Virus record (IMG/VR): IMGVR_UViG_3300045988_177018
Span: 49,928 to 113,927 of that record
DNA length: 64,000 bases
Strand: one strand, 5' to 3'
DNA from: a virus
Positions 54,924-64,000 of this stretch are shown one piece after another. The notes below the pieces were generated by a model that saw nothing but the letters and a program-made list of their open reading frames with translations, was not told the origin of the DNA and did not search any database. The position numbers and the translations under genes were made by a program. Each line of letters starts with the position of its first letter. Positions within the stretch are counted from its first letter, which is position 1.

Positions 54924-55277
54924 ATGGAAGAGGTAGGAAACCAAGCCGCCGATACCGCCGGGCAAACATTGGGCGACGTGCTCACCGTGTTCTTCTCATG
55001 GGTGTTCACGCCGACTGGCGCAATCCTCACACTGTTGATGATTATTATTTGCGCTGGCAGCGCCGTGTTCGCCATCTTGCAGAAAAGCACTCGCGCGTTG
55101 ATGACAGCGTTGACCATTTGCGCGTTCCTGCTGTTCGTGTGGATTATCACCGGCGTGCTGGAAGTGATGGGATTGCCGGTACGTCAGTGGATGCAGGGTG
55201 TCGCGGCTCAATTGCCGGATATCGGCTCGCTGTTCATGGAGTTCCTGCGCCGTCTGGTGTTCACCGCGACTGAATAG
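54924..55277 (+). CDS. Small membrane protein
   Basis: 117 aa with three hydrophobic helices. Confidence 0.4.
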   Translation: MEEVGNQAADTAGQTLGDVLTVFFSWVFTPTGAILTLLMIIICAGSAVFAILQKSTRALMTALTICAFLLFVWIITGVLEVMGLPVRQWMQGVAAQLPDIGSLFMEFLRRLVFTATE

Positions 55278-55507
55278 TTTTCGTCGCCGGACTTTCGGAT
55301 GCCGTGTCCGTTTTTCTGCGGGCACGGCATTTTGTTTTCCTGTTTCGCCGTTCAGCCTGTATGCCGGTTCGCCGTTTTGTCGGAACGTTGATGGAAATGG
55401 TTTTATGGTTCGGCGTGCCGACTGTTCCACGTTGTTATCCTTGATTACGAATCCATACCCCCACTATGGTTTCGTCCACACCGAAAGCCGAAAAAAGGAA
55501 CACAGGC

Positions 55508-56170
55508 ATGAGAATCAAAAACGATACGGTCATCATCACCGTCGCCATCATCAAGGGCGGTTCAGGCAAAACCACTACGGCAATGGCATTGGCCGAACTG
55601 TTGCACAAGCGCGGAGAACAAGTCACGGTCTTGGATTCCGACAACACGGGCGGCGCGACCATGTGGGAAATGTACGTCGAACAGGAAAACCGGCGACGTA
55701 AAACAGAAAACCCAGACGCGGAAGACTATCATCTCGGATTCCCCGTCATACAAACCAACGAAGCCATCCTCAACAATCCCGAACTCATCCGTGAAAAATA
55801 TTCCGGCTGGGTCATCATCGACACTCCACCATCCGACGCCGGTGTCGTACAGGCTGCGATAAACGCGGGAGACGTGGTGATAATCCCATGCCAGCCGTCC
55901 GTTTCCGATTTGACCCATGCCGGACGCACGTATGCGGCGGCACGAAACGGCATCGTCCTGTTGACCCGCGTGAAACCGCGAACGAAACTCGCCCGCAACA
56001 GCATCAGCGAACTCGACGAGGAAGGCATCGCACGATTCGAAACCGTCATCACGGAACGTGAGGCCATCAAGAACATGTATGGCACGACCGAAATCGACAA
56101 CAAGGAGTATTCCAGCGTCGTGCATGAACTCATCGACTATCTGACGGCAATCAATCTGGTGGAAGAATAA
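55508..56170 (+). CDS. parA: ParA partition ATPase
   Basis: N-terminal deviant Walker A IIKGGSGKTTTAMALA. About 220 aa. Confidence 0.75.
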   Translation: MRIKNDTVIITVAIIKGGSGKTTTAMALAELLHKRGEQVTVLDSDNTGGATMWEMYVEQENRRRKTENPDAEDYHLGFPVIQTNEAILNNPELIREKYSGWVIIDTPPSDAGVVQAAINAGDVVIIPCQPSVSDLTHAGRTYAAARNGIVLLTRVKPRTKLARNSISELDEEGIARFETVITEREAIKNMYGTTEIDNKEYSSVVHELIDYLTAINLVEE

Positions 56171-56198
56171 AACGGGAGCAGGGGAGCAGTAGACAATC

Positions 56199-56687
56199 AT
56201 GGTCAAGAACATCAGACGCAACGCCTTCGCCACGGGGTTGCAGGACAAGCGTGACATGCGCCCATTGGAGTCGCCGGAGATTGAACAATCGACGCCGGTC
56301 GTGGAACCACAGGCCGGACAGTCGATGCAGGAGCCGACGGCCATGGTCCAACCACAGGCTCCGATGGAATCGCAGAACATTCCGACAGCCGTGCAGACGC
56401 CCGTCCAGCCGGTCGTCGCACAATCCATGCCTCACAACGTGGAGCCGACACAAGCCGTTCAACAACAACCGCAACCAGCCACCGCCATTCAACCGGAAAC
56501 GCACCAGCCGCCGAAAGAGAAACGAATCGGAAGCAACGTCACCGTCGAGAACTGGCGTGCATGGAAGATGAGAAGCATCGAATACGGGACGAAACAGGCT
56601 GTCCTGTTGAACGCCGCGATGGACTACTGCTTCCAGCAGGGACATTTCGACCAGTCGCTCATCGACAAGTACGAGCAGAAGGATTAG
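56199..56687 (+). CDS. ParG-like ribbon-helix-helix centromere-binding partner
   Basis: Disordered Pro/Gln-rich N-terminus. C-terminal RHH-like KRIGSNVTVENWRAWKMRSIEYGTKQAVLLNAAMDY. Confidence 0.45.
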   Translation: MVKNIRRNAFATGLQDKRDMRPLESPEIEQSTPVVEPQAGQSMQEPTAMVQPQAPMESQNIPTAVQTPVQPVVAQSMPHNVEPTQAVQQQPQPATAIQPETHQPPKEKRIGSNVTVENWRAWKMRSIEYGTKQAVLLNAAMDYCFQQGHFDQSLIDKYEQKD

Positions 56688-56938
56688 GCTCCGGTATACT
56701 AATATCCGGATGAACAAAAGACTTCATCGAAGTCTTCCAGATGGGGCGGCGCTCACAACAGAGCGGACGCCCCATTGGTTTTTCTAACGCGGGAAGAATT
56801 TTTTAATTCCGCAGTAAAAAGGTTCTTTACATATACGCTGAGGTGGTTATGGTGTAGGCTTGCCGATAGAAAAACAAAAGCCCCGCGCTGGTGGAACAGC
56901 CGGGGCAGGGCAACCAGAGACTTAAGGAAAGTGGTTAC

Positions 56939-57880
56939 ATGGGTAATTCTATCAGACCCATCGACAGTGACAGTTATCGGTATGCTCCCTCCGTGATGTC
57001 CCAGCTCAGTTTCTTTCCCGCACGCAAACCTGACGTGAATTACATCAAGAAGACCAACGGGCGTTCCGCAATCATCATCACTCCGACTGAAGGTAAGTGG
57101 GCGTATGGTTCTGTGCCCCGATTGTTTCTTCTTTACATCCGTACTTTGACTAAAAACAAAGACTCTCGGGTCGATTTCGAAAGCATGACTGTGAACCTTG
57201 GAGGAAGCTATCGTGCCATGTGTGAAGCGATGGGTGCTTCCACCGGTGGGAAAAGCAAACGTCTTCTCCTTGAATCAATCAAGAATCTTGCTTGCACCCA
57301 TATAACATTGGAACATTGGGTGTCGGATGATAACGGCATGTATGAGAGTTTCCCGGTAGCACAGAAAGTATGTATTGATTTTGGTGGTGAGGATAAGGAA
57401 TCCTATATTACGTTCTCCCCTCAAATGTGGTCTCTGCTAATGGAGGAAGCCGTTCCTACTCAAATGTCCATCATCAGGAACATATCCAATTCTGCACTCG
57501 CTTTGGATATTTACATGTGGTTGGCTTTCCGAGCCAATAAGCTACGCTCGTGCGGAATGAAAGTCCCGTGGAAAGACCTAACCGTTCAGTTCGAGGACGA
57601 CGACTATCCGGTCAAAGAATTCAAAAGACGATTCACGACAGCCCTGAACAAAGTCAAGGAATCATGGCCTGAATTGAAGGCAAGTCTTGATGAATATGAC
57701 ATAACCATCTATCCAAGCATTTCGTCCATTCATTCCAACGGCAAGATTGTGGACGCTGTTGTTGTGGAGGAAGAATCGGATTCCTGCAACGAACCTGTAA
57801 TTAAAGCGGACGTCTCATGCAATTCGGAACAAAATGATTCATCGACAGATGATATAAGGAATGCCGCTAATCCTTTTTGA
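56939..57880 (+). CDS. Plasmid replication initiator (Rep), low-GC gene
   Basis: Iterons immediately downstream. LDIYMWLAFRA-type motif. GC clearly lower than its neighbours. Confidence 0.55.
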   Translation: MGNSIRPIDSDSYRYAPSVMSQLSFFPARKPDVNYIKKTNGRSAIIITPTEGKWAYGSVPRLFLLYIRTLTKNKDSRVDFESMTVNLGGSYRAMCEAMGASTGGKSKRLLLESIKNLACTHITLEHWVSDDNGMYESFPVAQKVCIDFGGEDKESYITFSPQMWSLLMEEAVPTQMSIIRNISNSALALDIYMWLAFRANKLRSCGMKVPWKDLTVQFEDDDYPVKEFKRRFTTALNKVKESWPELKASLDEYDITIYPSISSIHSNGKIVDAVVVEEESDSCNEPVIKADVSCNSEQNDSSTDDIRNAANPF

Positions 57881-58030
57881 CGAAAACGTGGACGATAGTA
57901 GGGATGGAAGAAATGGTTCCACTTCTTCCAACTTTCTGTGTCAAAAATTCCAATTCGAGAAAATGCCATCTCAAAAAGACTTCAAATATTTTGATTTTTT
58001 AATCAAGGTATATATTTTTGCATATTTTCT

Positions 58031-58093
58031 AGTGTGGACTTTTCCCACCAAAGTGTGGACTTTTCCCACCAAAGTGTGGACTTTTCCCACCAA
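58031..58093 (+). repeat. Iterons: 3 perfect tandem copies of agtgtggacttttcccaccaa (21 bp)
   Basis: Direct reading. Followed by caaaaggtta x3 (58136..58165) and an A+T-rich stretch to about 58330. Confidence 0.8.
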
Positions 58094-58516
58094 AAAGTGC
58101 CCTCAGCCCTACTGCCACAAGGGGTTTCAGCGCCGCAAAAGGTTACAAAAGGTTACAAAAGGTATTAATAACCCTTATATTCCCTTCTTTTTAAAAAAAC
58201 AGGTTTTTCCAAAAAGAAGCAAAAAATCAAAAAACAGAATAAAACCATTTTTCGGATTCCACGTTTGGTCAGGTCTAAACCCGCTTAAAGGGTATCCTCA
58301 ATGCTTTTAGAAAAAATCAAGTCACGTGAACGTTAGACATGTCCGAATGCTTTCGACGGAAGAGAGAAAAAGAAAAGTTCCGGAAAAAGAAAAACAGAGA
58401 AGCCGACATCGGCGGCAGACACTTTTCTGAAAACCTCGAAGACGGTGAAAACAACCTCCGATGAACGGTAGACTGGAGGATGCAAGTCAGACGAAAAACG
58501 GATTCGGAGCGGGACT

Positions 58517-59776
58517 GTGTTCGGAAACAAGAAAGACAAGAACGGCAATCAGCCGATGGGTCAGCCGAAGGCGTGGCAGAGTCCGAACAATGAGACCGAC
58601 CTGTTCGCCGACGAGAAGGAACGCAAGAACGAGATAGAACTTACCGCTTGGAAGAAGGCGTTGAAGAACACTCGGAAGTGGAAGGTTCTCATCGTCCTGT
58701 TCGTCTGCACCGGTCTGGTCGCGCCGATGATTTCCGTCCGTGCAATCAACACGTTGACCGACATGGGTTCCTACCTGACGGAGAAGTACAAGGAAATCAG
58801 CGGCGACAAGCCCGGCAAGCAGGTCGCGTTGCAATCCGTATACGGTTGGTTGGATGACGACAACGGCGCGTTCCAATACGGGTATGCGAACCTGTGGTGG
58901 AACGGTGCTACTGAAGTGGGCACTTCCACTTTGGACGGTTCCGATGGGGAGACCACCCAATATTGGAGCCACCAGATGTCCCTCACCGACAAGTCGGACG
59001 GAAGCACGAGGGACATCACCCAGCTTGTCGCCGTCACGGACGGAGTGGCTACTGCGGTGGGAACGCCGACCGTGCTGCCCAAGACCGTCACTTCGACCAG
59101 CGGCACCGACACGTATCGTCCCGACGGGTACGTTCAACTTGACCAGAACACGAGCCTGACGACCGTGGTCGGCGCGTGGGCAAAAGCGTACGTCGGCAAG
59201 GACCCCAACGCGTTGACCGTACTTGTCGGAGACCCGAACAGCGAGCACGTGTACCAGCCAGCAAGCTTGGGTTCGTATCTGAACTCGTCCATCGAATGGC
59301 TGGTGCAATGCACCAAGGACGGCAAGGTCGTTGACAAGAAGAACAAGTCCGACAATCCCGAATGGGCGGCGGCGAGCGTCAGCATCTCGTTCAAACCCTA
59401 TGAGAAGAAGGTTGACGCGAGTGCCGCGAACAATCCAAGCGCGGACATCAAGTCGGTGAGCAACGTGGATACGAGCGTCACGGTTCTTATCCACAATCCG
59501 ACCCGTGGCAGCGCGAAAATCGTTGACTGGGGTGCGGAGGGCAGTCTGACCACGTTGAAGGCGTTCAACAATGCCATCGACCGTTCTCTGATTGGCTCGT
59601 CCGGCAGTGACGACGAGGAGGATACGGCGTCCGATTCCGGTTCGTCGGATTCCGCCAACGGTGTAGGCGGCTCCGGTTCGTCCGACGTTCAGACATCCGA
59701 TAGTGGCGACGGCCAAACCCAGAATTCAGATGATGGTTCCGTCACCGGAGACCCCAATGAGGGGTCGAACGACTAA
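58517..59776 (+). CDS. Membrane-anchored extracytoplasmic protein (VirB8/TcpC-like candidate) with acidic Ser/Asp tail
   Basis: 419 aa. Single TM near aa 55-75. Confidence 0.4.
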   Translation: MFGNKKDKNGNQPMGQPKAWQSPNNETDLFADEKERKNEIELTAWKKALKNTRKWKVLIVLFVCTGLVAPMISVRAINTLTDMGSYLTEKYKEISGDKPGKQVALQSVYGWLDDDNGAFQYGYANLWWNGATEVGTSTLDGSDGETTQYWSHQMSLTDKSDGSTRDITQLVAVTDGVATAVGTPTVLPKTVTSTSGTDTYRPDGYVQLDQNTSLTTVVGAWAKAYVGKDPNALTVLVGDPNSEHVYQPASLGSYLNSSIEWLVQCTKDGKVVDKKNKSDNPEWAAASVSISFKPYEKKVDASAANNPSADIKSVSNVDTSVTVLIHNPTRGSAKIVDWGAEGSLTTLKAFNNAIDRSLIGSSGSDDEEDTASDSGSSDSANGVGGSGSSDVQTSDSGDGQTQNSDDGSVTGDPNEGSND

Positions 59777-59796
59777 TCCGAAAGGAAGAAGAAAAA

Positions 59797-59931
59797 ATGG
59801 CAGGACGCAACAAGCCCAGTGAGGGTGACAAGTTCGCCGAGTTCATCAACAGCAACGGCCCGCTGGTTGGCGCGATTATCGTGATAGCGTTCATCGTGTG
59901 CTTTGTCATCAGCGCCATCCTGAACCTTTGA
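59797..59931 (+). CDS. Small membrane peptide
   Basis: 44 aa MAGRNKPSEGDKFAEFINSNGPLVGAIIVIAFIVCFVISAILNL. Confidence 0.35.
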   Translation: MAGRNKPSEGDKFAEFINSNGPLVGAIIVIAFIVCFVISAILNL

Positions 59932-59958
59932 TGCGGAACATTTTTTTGGAGGTCTTCT

Positions 59959-60984
59959 ATGTCTAAGAAGAAAGGCGGGATGTCCGCCGGTTCCCTGCTT
60001 GGCGGCATTCTGGTCGTGTTGACGGCCATGGTGCTCATCGTGAACTTGGGATTGTGGAAGCCCATGTCGCAGATTTTCGGACTGCCGGAAATCAATGACT
60101 TGTCCCAGTTGATGCCGGGGGAGGATTCCAAGGTCAAACCTGATGTGAAACTGGGGTTGAAGGAGCCTTCCTTGAAACCGTCCGACTCCAATACGCGGAC
60201 AAACACTCCAGAAGCCACGGAAACGCCCTCAGAATCGACGCAGACGCCAAACGGGGACAATTCCTTAAGTCAGGAACAAACGGCCTCTACAAGCGTCCCT
60301 GAAGGCGCTTTAAGCCCCATCACCACGCAACAGGCGCTCGACAGGCTCTCCAACATCGAAACCGCCGTCCCCCACACCAAAGGCTACGACCGCAAAAAAG
60401 ACTTCGGCACATGGCAGAACAGCAGCCAACTATGCGGCTACGGCACCACGAGAGACTACATCCTCAAACGCGACATGTCCGACGTGACCATGGACAAGAA
60501 CTGCAAAGTCCTCACCGGAACCCTGCAAGACCCGTACACCGGCAAGACCATCAGATTCCAACGCGACACCTACGAGACCGTCGGCGGCAAGCAGAGGAAG
60601 ACCGGCGGAGACAGCATGTCCGTTCAAATCGACCACGTGGTCGCCGTCAACGACGCTTGGGCCAGCGGCCTATGGAAGGATTCACGCAAAGGTGACCGCA
60701 TCGCCTACGCGAACGACCCGGAAGTGCTCGTCGCGTCCGAAGGCGAGGCCAACAACGTCAAACAGCAGGGCGTGAACCTCGTGAGGGACGAGGCGTTGAA
60801 CGGCTCCAAGACCAAATGGCAGGACGGCACTCCAAGCGTGTGGCTTCCATCTAACAAGACGTACCAATGCTCGTACATGGCGAAGCGCGTGTACATCAAA
60901 GACAAGTACAAGCTGTCCATGAGCGGTTGGGAGAAGGCGGAGACGAAATCGTTTCTTACGCAGTGCGTTGCGGACGGGAGCTGA
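59959..60984 (+). CDS. Membrane-anchored secreted His-Me finger nuclease-like protein (DUF1524/GmrSD-C-like)
   Basis: N-terminal TM. QIDHVVAVNDAW motif. Confidence 0.5.
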   Translation: MSKKKGGMSAGSLLGGILVVLTAMVLIVNLGLWKPMSQIFGLPEINDLSQLMPGEDSKVKPDVKLGLKEPSLKPSDSNTRTNTPEATETPSESTQTPNGDNSLSQEQTASTSVPEGALSPITTQQALDRLSNIETAVPHTKGYDRKKDFGTWQNSSQLCGYGTTRDYILKRDMSDVTMDKNCKVLTGTLQDPYTGKTIRFQRDTYETVGGKQRKTGGDSMSVQIDHVVAVNDAWASGLWKDSRKGDRIAYANDPEVLVASEGEANNVKQQGVNLVRDEALNGSKTKWQDGTPSVWLPSNKTYQCSYMAKRVYIKDKYKLSMSGWEKAETKSFLTQCVADGS

Positions 60985-61277
60985 TTTGCTTGGCAATTCT
61001 CCGGTGCCGGACTTGACGTGGCTTTCTTGCCAAGAAAAAACTGTGAAGAAAATTTTTCCTGTTTTTCCGGTTCCTCGCCAGATGAATGTTCGAGGTCGTT
61101 TAATGTGTTGATTGAGACCGGGTTTTTGGCCGTTTTCCGCCATCTTGGTTTCTTCCCCGGTCTCGGCTGGGACTCCTTAGCGGGAGTGCCTTTGCGGTTC
61201 CGTCGCCCGTGTGTGGATTTTGGGGCGGCGGAACCTTTTCTGTCTCTGTTGCCGGTTTTCCAAAACAGAAGATGATG

Positions 61278-61300
61278 TTATACTGGAAACGTTCACGCAA
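61278..61300 (+). promoter_or_regulatory. Conserved promoter/leader motif copy, plus orientation
   Basis: ttatactggaaacgttcacgcaa, about 32 bp upstream of the 61332 ATG. Confidence 0.5.
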
Positions 61301-61331
61301 AAAAGGATAAGCCAAAACCAAGGAGACGAAA

Positions 61332-61703
61332 ATGAGCGACTACTTCAACAGCATCGACTACCAAATCAACCTCATGCTCGACCGCGAACAAGACCTCCAA
61401 GACGAATACGACCGGCGACTGCGGGACGTGCGCGAAGGCGTCGGGGATTACGTGCTCCTCCCCGAAGGCGACCCATGGAAACTCGACGATTACGAGCAAG
61501 ACCCCCAGCCGACCAACATCCTCGACACTTGCAGCCATGGATTCTACATCGCCGAAGGCGCGAAGACGGGAACCATGTACCACCTCAGCCCCGACCTCGG
61601 ACTGTGGGAGGCGTGCGACGACTACGAGGACATCGAGCAGATGGTCGCGGACGGCAGACCGCTCACCCAGCCCATGGACAACTCCGAATCCACGCTCGGC
61701 TGA
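61332..61703 (+). CDS. Hypothetical acidic protein
   Basis: 123-aa ORF. Confidence 0.45.
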   Translation: MSDYFNSIDYQINLMLDREQDLQDEYDRRLRDVREGVGDYVLLPEGDPWKLDDYEQDPQPTNILDTCSHGFYIAEGAKTGTMYHLSPDLGLWEACDDYEDIEQMVADGRPLTQPMDNSESTLG

Positions 61704-61746
61704 GGAATATTTTTTCAGGAACCTTCATCGTTCTCAAAATACTGCG

Positions 61747-61765
61747 TTATACTGGAACCAGCCGC
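61747..61765 (+). promoter_or_regulatory. Conserved promoter/leader motif copy, plus orientation (partial)
   Basis: ttatactggaaccagccgc. Confidence 0.4.
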
Positions 61766-61784
61766 AAACAAGGAAGGTTTCTTC

Positions 61785-62126
61785 TTGACCATCGAAACAG
61801 GCAATACGGGCAGCCAACCCCAACAACGCTCCCGCCCACGCCGAGACCTCGACACCATAGGAGGATTCCTCGACTCCTGCAAGGACGAGACGCCAATCCT
61901 TCTCTACTTCGACACCGCCGAAGGCATCCAACGCGTCCCCACGCTTCTGGGAGACCCACCCACCGTGGGACAGCTTCGACTCAACAACTATCTGCGTCCG
62001 CTTCTCATACGCGAGCGCGAACGCTACCAGATAGCCGGAACCAGCGAAACCGGTTGGGTTATCAGAATCAACAGCCGATTCGAGCCGGAAGAATATCTCA
62101 GAGAGTCGAAAGCCTTAGCCTCTTGA
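61785..62126 (+). CDS. Hypothetical protein
   Basis: 113-aa ORF with TTG start. Confidence 0.4.
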   Translation: MTIETGNTGSQPQQRSRPRRDLDTIGGFLDSCKDETPILLYFDTAEGIQRVPTLLGDPPTVGQLRLNNYLRPLLIRERERYQIAGTSETGWVIRINSRFEPEEYLRESKALAS

Positions 62127-62140
62127 ACGACCAGAACAAT

Positions 62141-62872
62141 ATGGCAGAAGGAAGCGTTCTGGCTTCCAACGGAAACCGTCGGGCAGTGCTTAAGGCCATC
62201 TTCCGCAGGGGAGTGTTGCCGCAGTGCGTCGTATACGTTTTAGGCATGTTCGTCGCGGGATGGCTCCTCGCGTATTCGAACACGCTCGCCGGAGTGTGGA
62301 GAATCGTGTTCCTCCTCCTGTCCTGCCTGAACGCCGTTACGGGAATGCATGGATTCGTCAAAGCGTGCAACAGTTGGACAACCCTCCGCGACTGCGCGTA
62401 TCCGAACATCGACGCGAACGCGGCTGAAACATGGGATTTGGCCGTGTGGCTTGCCAACAGTCCGCAGTTCGGAGGAACCCCCATTCGTGCCATGCGGCAG
62501 CAGGAATTGCGGGACGCGTTGATTGAATACGGCCCATTGTTCCAATCGCTCGCGCCGGAGGACGTCACCGTGCAGTTGAACCGGCTCGAACGGCTCATGC
62601 ACGACGTGGATTGGACGGGACAATACGTGCATGCGTTCCTGCTCTTCCGTCAAATGAAAGACTCCCATTTGAAATACTGGCGGCAGTTGGACGAAGCCTA
62701 CTGGCAGACCTTGCGAAAACTAGGCGACGGCATGCGTTTGGAGGATATGCGCGAGGACGTGCAGCTCTCCCCGCATCGCATGGTCATTTTGGATGGATTG
62801 CAGATTAACTGCGGGTCGCACGGCACCGCCGGAAAATACACGGTTGGCTATGAGGATGGCGGAGTCCTGTGA
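62141..62872 (+). CDS. Hypothetical membrane protein
   Basis: Start at MAEGSVL. The upstream Arg/Pro-rich 553-aa ORF extension from 61211 is an artefact. Confidence 0.45.
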   Translation: MAEGSVLASNGNRRAVLKAIFRRGVLPQCVVYVLGMFVAGWLLAYSNTLAGVWRIVFLLLSCLNAVTGMHGFVKACNSWTTLRDCAYPNIDANAAETWDLAVWLANSPQFGGTPIRAMRQQELRDALIEYGPLFQSLAPEDVTVQLNRLERLMHDVDWTGQYVHAFLLFRQMKDSHLKYWRQLDEAYWQTLRKLGDGMRLEDMREDVQLSPHRMVILDGLQINCGSHGTAGKYTVGYEDGGVL

Positions 62873-63186
62873 ACTATCAGATGCTACGGGACGGCAGAAG
62901 CGGACGAATATTCCTGTTCGTCAACGATTGTTGGATGCTTCGCGAGTGGTTGGCGGAGAACATCGGACTGGACGAGAACGGTTCCGTCCGACTCCGTAGG
63001 CTCGACCTGTTGGAAATGGAAGAATATTCCGCCAAGGTTATGGACAATCCCGAATCGTCCAGTGAGGAATACTGGCAAGCCAAAACCATGCATGAAGGCA
63101 TCGTCAAAACGTTCAAGGAACTATCGCCCGTCGCGCGAATCGAATACTGGGACTGTCTGAACGACACTCCCGTCAACATCCTCTGA
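62869..63186 (+). CDS. Hypothetical protein
   Basis: 105 aa, ATGA-coupled. Confidence 0.45.
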   Translation: MNYQMLRDGRSGRIFLFVNDCWMLREWLAENIGLDENGSVRLRRLDLLEMEEYSAKVMDNPESSSEEYWQAKTMHEGIVKTFKELSPVARIEYWDCLNDTPVNIL

Positions 63187-63223
63187 ACTTAGAAAAAACA
63201 CCAAACCTCCGAAAGGAACAGCA

Positions 63224-63670
63224 TTGGACGAACAATCCTCCACCCAACGTTTCCGCGTCCTCATGGCCGGTATCAGCGAAGGCGAGACCAGAATCCTGTA
63301 CAGCGTCGAAAAAGGACGGTTGACCGCCGACATCCTCAAAAGCAACATCGGCAGACGACTGCTGGATGCCGGACTCATCCGACGTAACGGACAATCAGCC
63401 CCATCCCTCACCAAGGATGGCATGCGCCTCGTGTCCACGCTCGTCCAAGGCGAGGGAGACCGTCCAATCCGACTATACGAGCGCAACAGCGAAACACTGC
63501 TCCGCCAAGCCGGACAGGGAACAGCCAACGCATACAAGGCCGGTTTCGAAAACGCCGCCGTCGAACTGCTGAACGACAAGCTGGTTCACCTCGACATCGC
63601 AACAGGCGCTCTGACGCTGCTCCCTGCGGGACGGGAACTATTGGAACGACTACTGGAACAGACGGAATGA
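63224..63670 (+). CDS. Hypothetical protein
   Basis: 148-aa ORF. Confidence 0.45.
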   Translation: MDEQSSTQRFRVLMAGISEGETRILYSVEKGRLTADILKSNIGRRLLDAGLIRRNGQSAPSLTKDGMRLVSTLVQGEGDRPIRLYERNSETLLRQAGQGTANAYKAGFENAAVELLNDKLVHLDIATGALTLLPAGRELLERLLEQTE

Positions 63671-63820
63671 ACCACTCAACGGGAGAAACACGCCAATGCC
63701 TACGCCATGGTTCCAAGCCGACACGCTGACGCTTTATGATTGGAAGACTGCCGTATTACTACTTCCTTTTACTTTCGTCGCGGTTCTCGCGGTTGTGTCC
63801 GTCTGACGGTTTCTTGGTTT

Positions 63821-63850
63821 GGGGCGGCTTTTTGCCGCCCTTTTTGTTTT
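63821..63850 (+). terminator. Rho-independent terminator
   Basis: ggggcggctttttgccgccc followed by tttttgttttt. Confidence 0.6.
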
Positions 63851-64000
63851 TGCGTTGGTGGTTTCCTAAGTCAGGAACTATAGTCAACGACCGCAATGAC
63901 GAGCATTGCGGCTTGTCCCTGTCCGGTAGTGCCAGTGAACGGCTGTAACCGTTCTCCTACCTTTAATTGACGGAACATCATAGGGTGGTTGACTGCACCC

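Noticed and set aside
61211-62872. 553-aa ORF with Arg/Pro-rich first 310 aa
   Set aside because: The extension overlaps genes 61332..61703 and 61785..62126. The real gene begins at MAEGSVL (62141).
1-64000. CRISPR arrays, tRNA or rRNA genes
   Set aside because: No spaced direct-repeat array was seen. No tRNA-like cloverleaf sequences or rRNA-like segments were recognised. The only regular repeats are the iterons, the caaaaggtta and ttatatttat triplets, and the dispersed promoter motif.

Overview
The window reads as a segment of a large conjugative plasmid from a high-GC Gram-positive host, possibly Bifidobacterium-like (about 60% GC overall, frequent leaderless or GTG starts). I found no rRNA, tRNA or CRISPR array.

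The left 38 kb (130..38445) is transcribed entirely on the minus strand.
- Conjugation genes: a three-domain cell-wall hydrolase, a VirB4-like ATPase, and two tandem paralogous LRV/HEAT-repeat proteins.
- A long accessory island (about 8.3-32.2 kb) of small single-gene cassettes. Most are preceded by a conserved about 22-bp promoter/leader motif.
- Recognisable anti-defence or addiction functions in the island: ArdC, a Lar-like protein, HicAB, a DnaQ-like exonuclease, an RNA ligase, a HAD nucleotidase/phosphatase, an ATP-grasp protein, and Xis/RHH-type regulators.
- Two IS200/IS605-family elements in the island: a TnpB-only element, and a TnpA+TnpB element inserted into the 3' end of the exonuclease gene.
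- Then flotillin, DnaB and a ParB-like nuclease-domain protein.

The right 25 kb (38646..63670) is transcribed entirely on the plus strand.
- Tandem small paralogs, an AAA ATPase, and a Rep-like paralog.
- A roughly 0.75-kb intergenic tract almost devoid of T on the top strand.
- A ParA/MinD-like ATPase, an unknown 398-aa protein, a type IV coupling protein, and a 1333-aa VirB6-like membrane protein.
- A ParA/ParG partition pair.
- A low-GC Rep gene with three perfect 21-bp iterons.
- A VirB8/TcpC-like protein and a DUF1524-like secreted nuclease.

No canonical relaxase was recognised.

The most interesting signals are:
- the T-depleted tract;
- the roughly 17-copy promoter/leader motif defining a leading-region-like island of uncharacterised cassettes;
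- the tandem LRV-repeat paralogs;
- the low-GC Rep/iteron module;
- a candidate oriT/relaxase locus upstream of the T4CP.
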